From an uncultured candidate division Zixibacteria bacterium (lineage in GTDB: Bacteria > Zixibacteria > MSB-5A5 > UBA10806), in assembly GCA_963801605.1 (NCBI GenBank), contig CAWDFP010000006.1:1760001-1824000 (forward strand): a DNA stretch of 64,000 nt, written 5' to 3'. Shown here in pieces: positions 19,825 to 28,904 of the stretch (position 1 is the first letter of the stretch; each line of letters starts with the position of its first letter). Below the pieces are notes generated by a model that did no database searches, had not been told where the DNA came from, and saw only the letters and a program-made list of their open reading frames with translations. The translations under genes and the position numbers were made by a program.

Positions 19825-20757
19825 CTATTTAACATTGCCCAAATTACCGATTAATTTCCGATAATATATTTGATAGTCGTATTCCCGATTCTTTTTAATA
19901 AGCTTCCCTAAAGAGGCAATTAAATATGACCAGCTAAAGAAAAGCAAGTAAACAAATTTTAATAAAATAAGCTCCAGAGGGAAAAACTTTTTGAAATAAA
20001 TCATTCTGCTTTTTATGAAATTCAAATCAGAATCGAGATCGCCTCGTTTAGCGCGACTTTTGCCGAGAAGATGAATAACGCTAACGCCCGGCAGATAATA
20101 GCTTTTGAGTCCCGCTTTTTTGAAACGCGTAAAATAGTCGTTTTCCTCGGAAAAAAGAAAATATTCCTCGCCAAGCAAACCGATGTTATCGATAACCTGC
20201 CGCCTGATCAGCAGGCAAGCTGCGGACAATATTTCTTTCCGAATGGGCTTTTCGCCCGAGATTATTTGAGGATTATTTTCGCTGAGTAAAAATCGAAAAA
20301 TGCCCTTGAATGGATGAAAATGATAAACCAGGCAGTACTTTGTTTCATTCCACAAGGAAGGCAGCGCCTTGAGGGGAAGCTGAGGTCTCCCGTCCTCATA
20401 AGTTAATCTCGGAGCGACGGCGCTGATGTCGGGGTTATCATTCAAATACCTGACTAAATCCCTTAACGAATTAGGTGGAATTATTGTGTCGGTATTTAAG
20501 AGAAGGTAATAATTTCCAACCGCTTTGGATAATATTTGATTGTTGGCGCGGGCAAATCCGACGTTCTCGTTGTTTTCGATCAGTATTACTTCCGGGAACT
20601 CCCGCTTGATCATTTCAACCGAGCCATCCTCAGAATGGTTGTCTACGATCCAGATTTCATGATCGATATCGCAGACCTCAGCGATTAATGTTTTAAGGCA
20701 ATCTCGGGTGAGATCCTTGGTATTCCAGTTTACCAGGGCTATAATGAGTTCAGGCAT
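19825..20757 (-). CDS. GT2 family glycosyltransferase (rhamnosyltransferase-like)
   Basis: VNWNT, VDNHSEDGS, NVGFARANN, LLNTD. Confidence 0.88.
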   Translation of the reverse strand: MPELIIALVNWNTKDLTRDCLKTLIAEVCDIDHEIWIVDNHSEDGSVEMIKREFPEVILIENNENVGFARANNQILSKAVGNYYLLLNTDTIIPPNSLRDLVRYLNDNPDISAVAPRLTYEDGRPQLPLKALPSLWNETKYCLVYHFHPFKGIFRFLLSENNPQIISGEKPIRKEILSAACLLIRRQVIDNIGLLGEEYFLFSEENDYFTRFKKAGLKSYYLPGVSVIHLLGKSRAKRGDLDSDLNFIKSRMIYFKKFFPLELILLKFVYLLFFSWSYLIASLGKLIKKNREYDYQIYYRKLIGNLGNVK

Positions 20758-21697
20758 TTGATTTGCTCAGCAGCCAATCCCTGGCGGCCTCGATGAGACT
20801 CTGAGACGAATCCGGCCGCGAGAATGTATGATCGGCTTTATCGATCCGGCATATCGAATAACCATCCTGATATTCGCTGTGCTCTTTTAATATCGGCATA
20901 AAATATTTATCGAAATCGTAAGTGGCCCGATCCAACTCAGGAAGAATAAAGAAAGTCTTTTGTCCCATTTTGACAGATTTTTCGAAAGCCTGATAGAAAA
21001 TGGTATTAAAGACCTCACCCTTGCTCTGACCTGTTTCGCGTTTTTCGATATGTTGATTGGTATCAACTTTGGGCCGTGACATTTTGTTGGCAGCCTTGAC
21101 CTTAATGGCATTAAACAAATCCTTGTATGACGTCTTGCCGCTAACGAATCTCGCCCAGGATTTGATATTAAGCGCTTTTAAGATATATCCCTTCATAAAG
21201 ACATCGGCCTCGAAAGGATGCATCGTAGTTAGCTCCTCTTCCGAGGAAAGATTTACAGGCCCCGCGATAAAGATAACGCCATTGATACTTTTATCTTTAG
21301 CCGCGGTCAGGACCGCAGTAAGCGCCCCGCCGCAGAGACCGTATAAGAAGATAAATTTGGGTTTGAAATTGTTTTTGCAATAGTCGACAAGTTGCAGGGT
21401 ATCATCCATGAAAAGACCGGTTTGGACTTCATCAAACACATCTAGAGCTCGTCCGCCGGGGAGGTCGCCCTGGCTGTAACCAACCCTGGATGTATCGCAT
21501 CGGACCACAGTCAAACCGCTATCCTGCAAGACGCGCGCCTGGCGTACGAACAACCGCGAATGGCACACCCTATAGTGCAATCCGATATTGCACATGATAA
21601 CCAATCCCCCATTGGATGATTGGGGAGGATGGACTATTCCGTAAAGCGATTCTCCGGCCTTGTTTTTCAGAGATATAGTAGTTTGATTAAAATTCAT
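20750..21697 (-). CDS. Alpha/beta hydrolase, exosortase-associated 'hydrolase 1' type (Cys nucleophile)
   Basis: YRV..SRLFV..AR, GLCGGA elbow, ADHTFS. Confidence 0.75.
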   Translation of the reverse strand: MNFNQTTISLKNKAGESLYGIVHPPQSSNGGLVIMCNIGLHYRVCHSRLFVRQARVLQDSGLTVVRCDTSRVGYSQGDLPGGRALDVFDEVQTGLFMDDTLQLVDYCKNNFKPKFIFLYGLCGGALTAVLTAAKDKSINGVIFIAGPVNLSSEEELTTMHPFEADVFMKGYILKALNIKSWARFVSGKTSYKDLFNAIKVKAANKMSRPKVDTNQHIEKRETGQSKGEVFNTIFYQAFEKSVKMGQKTFFILPELDRATYDFDKYFMPILKEHSEYQDGYSICRIDKADHTFSRPDSSQSLIEAARDWLLSKSNA

Positions 21698-22538
21698 TCG
21701 TTTTTATAAAGTTAATAGTTTCGTTAAACAAAATAGGAGGCGCCGGCTGCCATATTTCGGTTTTTTCCCATTCGAACTCTTTGGGCACATGTATTACCTG
21801 TGACGATGAAAACAAAGCCTGCAATTTTTCGTAATCAGGACCGATTTTTTTATCTGGATATTTGGATATTTGCACTATCAGAGCACTATTGGCGAAATCG
21901 TATTTTCGATCAATCAATTTTAGCCGTTTGGCCGATTTATAAAACTCCGAGGTGACCGTATAACCCTCGATACCAACCGTTCCACCGGCTTCGAGGTCTT
22001 TTGCAAGCTCCTCTCGATTTTTTAATACTTTTCCCGAAACCAGCATTTGGGCGGCGATATTCAATCTTAAAAACTCGTATAGATGCTTCTCAGTATCGAT
22101 AATTGGTTCCCATAGAATCAGCAAATTCGGTGATAAAACATCGGCCAATTGCGCCGCCAGAGTGGCGCCCCATCTGAGTCCCAGGATTCCGACTTTCTCG
22201 AGCGAGCATTTATCCTGAAAGAATTTATAGACGAATTTAATATCATCGAGGCGGTCGTCGAATGTAGCATCCTCGAAATTTCCCTCGCTATCGCCGTCGC
22301 CATAATAATCGAACATTATAGCGGCGATGCCCAGCGACGCCAGAGCTCTGGCAAACGATACCATGACTCTGACAGTTCGTACTTTTTCCTCGGCAACGGG
22401 ACTGCACATCACGATCCCCGACTTTGCATTCCCTTTTGGCAAATAGAGGGAATAGAAGAGATGTTTACTATCCCTGATACAATAATTTTGTTCTTCAACA
22501 ATATTATTATTGGGAGAATTTATATTTTTGAAATCCAT
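21687..22538 (-). CDS. Alpha/beta hydrolase, exosortase-associated 'hydrolase 2' type
   Basis: P.AEEK, DYYGDGDSEG, GLRWGA elbow, LWEP. Confidence 0.75.
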   Translation of the reverse strand: MDFKNINSPNNNIVEEQNYCIRDSKHLFYSLYLPKGNAKSGIVMCSPVAEEKVRTVRVMVSFARALASLGIAAIMFDYYGDGDSEGNFEDATFDDRLDDIKFVYKFFQDKCSLEKVGILGLRWGATLAAQLADVLSPNLLILWEPIIDTEKHLYEFLRLNIAAQMLVSGKVLKNREELAKDLEAGGTVGIEGYTVTSEFYKSAKRLKLIDRKYDFANSALIVQISKYPDKKIGPDYEKLQALFSSSQVIHVPKEFEWEKTEIWQPAPPILFNETINFIKTNEF

Positions 22539-22566
22539 CTATTTGAATACTTTACTAATATTACGA

Positions 22567-23319
22567 TTAAAGATAAGGATTTAGTACCTCGGCCATAACC
22601 TTATATCCATTTTCGTTTGGATGGATATCATCACGAGCCAGATCATTTTTCAAGTAACCATTTTCGTCGGCCATAGCGGAATAATAATCTACCAGGACCA
22701 GGCCGTTATCCGAAGCCAACTTTCTGATATTATCGTTAAAGCGTCTAACATGATCGGATATACTATAACTTTCATACTTTTCGGCATTCTTAGTGGCGGG
22801 AATTACTGTGGCCAGAAGCGGCTTTATACCTCTGCGAACGGCCGTTGTAACCATCATTTCATATTCGGCAAGCATTCTGTCATCATCGGCCGGAGCTGTA
22901 AAATTGCCTGAGCAGAATTTAATTACTACCTGTCCCGGCTCCAGTTGTAGAACATCGGACGCAAATCTTGCCAATAGCTGAGTGTCGGATTGAGAACCTA
23001 TTCCGCGATTGAGCACATTACTGGTCTTTAGATATTTGGCCATGTCCCAATTTTTGGTTATCGATGCCCCAAAGAGGACAGTCATTGCTTTCCGTTGCTG
23101 CGGAGTATATGTCGATAGTATTTTTTGATTATCAGCAGCATAAACCGAAATACCGCCGAAATCCGACTTCAAAGCTTCTGCCTGGGCTGTGGAATTTTTA
23201 AGATATCCCTGGAATGTTATCAATTCCTGCCTTAATTTAAACGCCTTGAATGCAAAATAAACTCCGAGCAGATCGCCGGCTAAGAGCAACGCAATTATTA
23301 TGACAACGACAGTCTTCAA
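22567..23319 (-). CDS. SGNH/GDSL-family hydrolase with N-terminal membrane anchor
   Basis: FGASIT, NRGIGSQ, DDIHPNENGY blocks. Confidence 0.82.
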   Translation of the reverse strand: MKTVVVIIIALLLAGDLLGVYFAFKAFKLRQELITFQGYLKNSTAQAEALKSDFGGISVYAADNQKILSTYTPQQRKAMTVLFGASITKNWDMAKYLKTSNVLNRGIGSQSDTQLLARFASDVLQLEPGQVVIKFCSGNFTAPADDDRMLAEYEMMVTTAVRRGIKPLLATVIPATKNAEKYESYSISDHVRRFNDNIRKLASDNGLVLVDYYSAMADENGYLKNDLARDDIHPNENGYKVMAEVLNPYL

Positions 23320-23508
23320 CTTTATTCCTCACTGCTTAAATCAGAATGCAAAACCATCATGAAAATCGTCACGGTTCAATCTGGCGGTCAGGCCAGTTGC
23401 ATTTATTATACTATTATTTATATCTATGTTCAATAGCAAATTATCTGCAAAAACCATCGATGATATAGAGGCAATCCTATTAATGTTGATGAATCCTTAA
23501 AAAGATAA

Positions 23509-23582
23509 TAGCGGCGCAGGGATTCGAACCCCGGACACGAGGATTATGATTCCTCTGCTCTGACCAGCTGAGCTACGCCGCC
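23509..23582 (-). tRNA. tRNA-Met (CAT), CCA not encoded
   Basis: GGCGGCGTAGCTCAGCTGGTCAGAGCAGAGGAATCATAATCCTCGTGTCCGGGGTTCGAATCCCTGCGCCGCTA folds as a cloverleaf with CAT anticodon. Confidence 0.93.
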
Positions 23583-23783
23583 ATAAAATACTATTATCGG
23601 ACAAAAGACCGACTCGCCTAATTTATAGGAAAGCTTTCTCTTGTCAAGGCAAAATCGCCGAGGAAAGGATAGGGACTTTTTAATTTCAAGTATCATTCTT
23701 GCCCAAATATTTCCTTGACAGAACTGTATTATAGAGCATAATTACTATGTTGATTTGGTTTAAATCGATTTTACGGAGGATTT

Positions 23784-25572
23784 ATGCGATTTCGGATAGC
23801 CTTTGTAATTACTTTATTGGCTCTGTTTCACACAGACGGCAAGTCGGCTACGGTTACCATGTCCGGCATCCACGACTATTCACCGTCCGATTTGATAGTG
23901 CTTGATACGGTCTCGTCGCAGAGAGATCTGGGGTTTGGCTTAGGACTAATGCGGGGTGACCAGATTACATTTTTGGTGCGTTATGCTAATCTGAATGCCC
24001 TTAATATCCCTTTGGGGGATTCAGCTCTTTCGGCCGGATTTTCAATCCTCGATGGCGAAGCCACCCTTTTAGAAATCGACAGTATCGTTGCCAGCGCCTT
24101 TGCGGAAACATCATGCGCAGTCAATTCGCAAACCGATTCGCTGGTGGTCCGCCTTTTGCGAGGAGAAAATTCCGATCCGCTGGTGTTTTATCGTCCTTGC
24201 CTAATGATAACCGACGATATGCCTCCAAACGTCTATTGCCGACCTGGAAGTGACCGAACGACGTTCTCATTCCCTGGTCCTGGCCTGGAGCGCTCCGGGT
24301 GACGATAGTGTTTCGGGTACGGCGGCAGCATACCAGATGAAATATTCGATCCTGCCAGTTGAGAGCGACACCGGTCTTTGGTGGAATGAAGCCATCGCCG
24401 TGATCGATCTTCCGGATCCGGCTCCTGCGGGGACCAGGCAAAGCATAACTGTGTCGGGGCTCGATACGAGCACAATCTATAATTTTATATTGGTGAGTTA
24501 TGACGAACTTGGAAATCGCTCCGGTTATTCCGTTGCCGCCACGGATACAACTCTGCCAAGTCCGACTGAAAATTTCTGTCTGAGTTTTGGGGGAGCCCAA
24601 TTTGCTGAGGTGCCGTTCGATTCCAACCTGAATGTGGGATCAAACCAAATGACCATGGAGGCCTGGTTTTATCTCGATAGCGATGCCGGGACAGATCACG
24701 CATCGATAATCGACAAGGCGCCGCCGGGCCATACTATGCCATTTTATCAGTACAATATGGGGCCCGCCAACCGGACAGACTTCTTTGCGCAGGTGGCCAT
24801 CGATGGACGCTATTCACCGTTTGAGGAGTACAATGTGGTTCAAACTGCCACCTGGACTCATGCCGCCCTTACATTTGATGGCGAATACCGTACATTATAT
24901 TTAAATGGACAGTTGATCTCAAGGGTTCACGATCCGGGGAGGCTCGACAGCTACGATACCGGTTTGAGAATTGGAGCGCTTAAGAATCTTCTTACGTGGT
25001 TTTTTGATGGTAATATCGATGAGGTCAGGATCTGGAATGTTGCCAGAACGCAGGAAGAGATATTACAAACCATGAATCATTCGCTCGAGGGAACCGAGGC
25101 GGGCCTGGTTGCCTACTGGGATTTTAACGATGGCGATGGCCAGGTCATTTTCGATAAGGGGCAAAATCATATCAACGGTTACCTGGGCAGTTTGCCCGAT
25201 TCTGACGCGTACGATCCACAGCGGGTGATATCTACAGCGCCGATAGATTCAGTGCTGGATGCTATTCCCGGAGACAATCAATCATCTATCCTTAAAGCGC
25301 CGTTTGCCGGCACGAATTATCCTAATCCCTTCAACGGCGAAACCAGGATTACATTCGGCCTTCCCAAAGATTCGTATGTCAGCCTCGAGATATATGATAT
25401 GCTTGGACGGAACGTCAAGACGCTCATTAGCAGCCCAATGAATAGTGGCAGCCATGATATCGTCTGGAACGGGCTATCCGATGTGGGAGAGATCCTGTCA
25501 TCGGGAATATACTTCTACCGTCTCAAGACAACCGATTTCGAGCAAACTCGAAAAATGCTGATGCTCAAATAG
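23784..25572 (+). CDS. Secreted FN3-like + LamG (concanavalin-like) protein with C-terminal FlgD-Ig/T9SS-type sorting domain; +1 frameshift ~24227
   Basis: Signal peptide; removing one A joins PP-TSIADLEVTERRSHSLVLAWSAPGDD; WTHAALTFDG, GNIDEVRIWN, NYPNPFN...RKMLMLK. Confidence 0.8.
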
Positions 25573-25578
25573 GCGTTA

Positions 25579-25613
25579 GCGCCGCTGGGATATATTCCCG
25601 GCGGCGTTTTTTT
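25579..25613 (+). terminator. Intrinsic terminator
   Basis: CGCCGCTGGGA-TATAT-TCCCGGCGGCG followed by T7. Confidence 0.8.
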
Positions 25614-25689
25614 ATCGTTTAACAGAGAACTTTAGCTACATAAAACTATGTTATATAGAATTATGACCGGAAATTAATATTTCAGCTAA

Positions 25690-26643
25690 ATGGAAAAGGA
25701 TATGCCCAAAGAATTATTGGATACTAAACAGTCAATGCAAGACCAGGATTTAGGCCTGGGTTTTAGGGTCATTCAAAATCAGAAAACTCGGTTTATTAAT
25801 CGGGATGGCACATTTAATGTCTATAAGAAAAGCGCCTTTGGCCGCGGATGGTTCAGCATGTACCATGCGATCCTGGCCATGTCCTGGTTTACATTCATGA
25901 CATGGGTATCTGGGCTGTTTCTAACGGCAAATGCGATCTTTGCAGCCGCCTATCAATTAACCGGTCCTGCGGCTTTTCCCGTTCTATCCAATATCGGAGC
26001 AGGGCAGAGATATGTTCAGCTTTTTCTATATAGCGTTCAGATATTGACGACTCTTGGAGCCAGCCCGCTTCACCCGGCCACAGTTTGGGGCAATGTCGTT
26101 CTCGACATCGAAGCTGCCCTGGGGCTATTGGGATTTGCTGTCGCAACGGGACTAATATTAGCCCGAATATCTAACCCGTCGACAAAGATTATGTTCAGCG
26201 ACAAGGCGGTGATAGCTCCTTACAAAGATATTACAGGACTAATGTTCCGGATAATTAATGGCCGAAGCAATGAGCTTATTGAAGTGACAGCGGCGGTGAC
26301 GCTGGTAATAATCGATGGCAGCGGTCAGAGGCAATTTCAGCAACTGGCCCTTGAGCGAGAAATGGTCCTGGTCTTTCCTCTGAATTGGACAGTAGTTCAT
26401 CCCATCGACGAAAAGAGCCCTCTTTGGGGATTGAATGCCGAAAGTTTGGCAAAGGCAAATGCCGAGTTTATAATTATAATTACCGCCATCGATAAGGATC
26501 TGGATAGAAAAGTATATGCGCGTTTTTCTTATTGGCACGATGAGCTAATATTTGGCGCCAGATTCGTAACAATGATTGAACAATCATCGGATGGCACAGT
26601 TGTAACCAATCCGAGCCTCTTGGATAAAATCGAAAGAGTATGA
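25690..26643 (+). CDS. KirBac-type inward-rectifier channel homolog with non-canonical filter
   Basis: RFINRDG.FNV, TGLILARIS.P, IMFS..AVI, WTVVHPIDEKSPL; filter reads TLGAS. Confidence 0.88.
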   Translation: MEKDMPKELLDTKQSMQDQDLGLGFRVIQNQKTRFINRDGTFNVYKKSAFGRGWFSMYHAILAMSWFTFMTWVSGLFLTANAIFAAAYQLTGPAAFPVLSNIGAGQRYVQLFLYSVQILTTLGASPLHPATVWGNVVLDIEAALGLLGFAVATGLILARISNPSTKIMFSDKAVIAPYKDITGLMFRIINGRSNELIEVTAAVTLVIIDGSGQRQFQQLALEREMVLVFPLNWTVVHPIDEKSPLWGLNAESLAKANAEFIIIITAIDKDLDRKVYARFSYWHDELIFGARFVTMIEQSSDGTVVTNPSLLDKIERV

Positions 26644-26685
26644 ATTTCCGTTTCCCAGATTATTATTTTATTATTTAAAATCAAT

Positions 26686-26720
26686 AACCGGGCAATCCCC
26701 AACCGTTGGACTGCCCGGTT
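26686..26720. terminator. Stem-loop (probable terminator)
   Basis: AACCGGGCA...TGCCCGGTT inverted repeat with internal CCAAC/GTTGG pairing. Confidence 0.5.
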
Positions 26721-26902
26721 TCTCCCCCCAAGTATGATATTTATACCCAAAAGATGCAAAAAGGTCAACACTCATTGAATGCGTAGCTAGTAAGTAGTAA
26801 TTTATTCGGAGTATCATTTGGCTATATATAAAGCTCTATGATATTGAAAACGAAATGGTTATGAGCTATCTTTGGATTTGATGAGCAGGAGGATATGGAT
26901 AA

Positions 26903-27613
26903 ATGATATCGGAATTTAAGGCCAATTGCCTGATCTGCGGAGAGGAGCTTGCTTATCTCGATAAGCCCGAACCTATGAAGTGTATGTATTGCGGCACTCA
27001 AGCGGATTCCAATGTCAGGTGTCTGGGCGGCCATTTTATCTGCGATCAATGCCACAGTCTACGGGGCAATGAATTGATCAAACAATATTCTATCGATACT
27101 TCTCTCGTGGATCCGCTTGAGATAGCAGTGATATTGATGCGCGATGAAAGAATCAAGATGCATGGTCCTGAACATCATTTGCTCGTTCCGGCAGTCTTGT
27201 TAGCGGCATATTATAATTCCAGGGGCGAAATGGCGGCCAAAGCGGAAAAAATCGAACAGGCTCAAACGCGAGCCCGGAATGTTTTGGGAGGGTTCTGCGG
27301 ATTTTATGGAGCCTGCGGCGCCGCTATAGGCACAGGAATTTTTATCAGCCTGATAACCGGGGCAACTCCTCTTTCAAAAAACGAATGGAAATTAGCCAAT
27401 TTGCTGACGTCGCGAAGCTTGAGTAAAATAGCCGGGCTTGGCGGGCCCAGATGCTGTAAGAGAGATACATTTCTGGCGATTCTGGAAGCTGCCGATTTTT
27501 TAGTTGAGAATTTCAATACCAGGCTATCGATCAAGCGCGATATTAAATGCGAATTTTCTGATTATATTAGAGAATGTCTCGAAGCCGAATGCCCCTTTTA
27601 TTCTAAAAGATGA
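26903..27613 (+). CDS. Cys-rich DUF5714-like protein
   Basis: Several CxxC, MHGPEHH, GGFCGFYGACGAA, GGPRCCKR. Confidence 0.75.
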   Translation: MISEFKANCLICGEELAYLDKPEPMKCMYCGTQADSNVRCLGGHFICDQCHSLRGNELIKQYSIDTSLVDPLEIAVILMRDERIKMHGPEHHLLVPAVLLAAYYNSRGEMAAKAEKIEQAQTRARNVLGGFCGFYGACGAAIGTGIFISLITGATPLSKNEWKLANLLTSRSLSKIAGLGGPRCCKRDTFLAILEAADFLVENFNTRLSIKRDIKCEFSDYIRECLEAECPFYSKR

Positions 27614-28281
27614 ATTCAAAAATTGACAAACTAATTAGGTCGAAACGCCGGACGATCGGACTACAGATTGCATCCGATGCCACTTTAATAGTGCGGGTTC
27701 CCAAATCGGCCAAAATGGATGAAATCGAAAAAGTAATTGCCAAACATGGAGAGTGGATTCGGAAGAAGAAAGAGCAAGTACTTACCGAATATAAAATAAT
27801 ACCCATCAGACAATTTGTCGAAGGTGAAGGCATACCATATTTGGGAGCAAATTATAGGTTGCACTTAACAGCCGCTCCGACTGATATTCTCAGGTTGAAC
27901 GATGCTTTTTATCTGTCGGAAAAATATCAGCATTTCGCCAAAAAAGTGTTTACGCAATGGTTTAAGAATCAAGCCCAAGTGATTATAAAACAACGGGTTG
28001 AATGTTACGCTGCGAGGCTGGGCTTAAAGTATGGGAGAATTAGAATCACCAATGCTGCCAGGCGCTGGGGTTCTTGTAGTCATAAGGGGAATCTCAATTT
28101 CGCCTGGCGACTGGTGCTGGCTCCTATCGAGGCTATCGATTATGTGGTGGCGCATGAGGTTGTCCATCTGGAGATTAAAAATCATTCGAAACGATTTTGG
28201 GATAAGGTTGAATCGATTTACCCCGGATATAAAGTTCAGCGCAAATGGCTCAGGGACAATCAACGGGCGTTAAATCTATAG
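27610..28281 (+). CDS. YgjP/DUF45 (M48/SprT-like) metal-dependent hydrolase
   Basis: RSKRRTI, RWGSCS, YVVAHEVVH, NHSKRFW. Confidence 0.88.
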   Translation: MNSKIDKLIRSKRRTIGLQIASDATLIVRVPKSAKMDEIEKVIAKHGEWIRKKKEQVLTEYKIIPIRQFVEGEGIPYLGANYRLHLTAAPTDILRLNDAFYLSEKYQHFAKKVFTQWFKNQAQVIIKQRVECYAARLGLKYGRIRITNAARRWGSCSHKGNLNFAWRLVLAPIEAIDYVVAHEVVHLEIKNHSKRFWDKVESIYPGYKVQRKWLRDNQRALNL

Positions 28282-28304
28282 AAACTTTTTTAGGGCAATA
28301 AGAA

Positions 28305-28751
28305 ATGCTTAAATATTTTCTACTTTTGACCTGCATAATTCCCCTGATTGCAGCCTGTCCAAAGCATCAAATTAACGATAAGTCAAAACCTGACGCGTTA
28401 GCTAGACCCGGGTCATCAGCCATAGCTAATCCGGCGGCGGTGCTTGTTCAACGCGAGAGTGCACTATACAAAAAGCTGAATGGAACGGGCTTTAAATACG
28501 AGATCAGAAATGGGGACGAGGGCCAGCGCGGCGTAGTTATTTTTCCCGATAGTTCCGAGTGTGATGAGTGGAGATTCTATTCAGGCGAGTGCGGCCAAAA
28601 ATGGAGCTTTTGCGAACAGTCGGGGTATCGGCTGGTTTCAGCTATTGACACCAGCGGCGGGTTTAGTTCGTCGCGAGGCGTCTGCGTTTTTCCCGACAGC
28701 ACCAGTTGTCCCGAATGGGAATTTGTTTCCGGAGCATGCGAGCCGAGATAA
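28305..28751 (+). CDS. Lipoprotein with tandem DUF333-like repeats
   Basis: LIAAC lipobox; ANPA...FPD.SEC.EW.F..GEC repeated twice. Confidence 0.72.
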   Translation: MLKYFLLLTCIIPLIAACPKHQINDKSKPDALARPGSSAIANPAAVLVQRESALYKKLNGTGFKYEIRNGDEGQRGVVIFPDSSECDEWRFYSGECGQKWSFCEQSGYRLVSAIDTSGGFSSSRGVCVFPDSTSCPEWEFVSGACEPR

Positions 28752-28904
28752 TGGCTCTATAATCGATAACTAAATCGTCTATAAATAAGAGAAGCAGTTT
28801 TGGCGGGCCGAGAGATGCAGGGCTATTTTCATCGGGAAAAATACCCGATTGCCGTCAATTATTCAAACGTAATGTCGATAAAGATTATAGGGAGAATATA
28901 GAGC

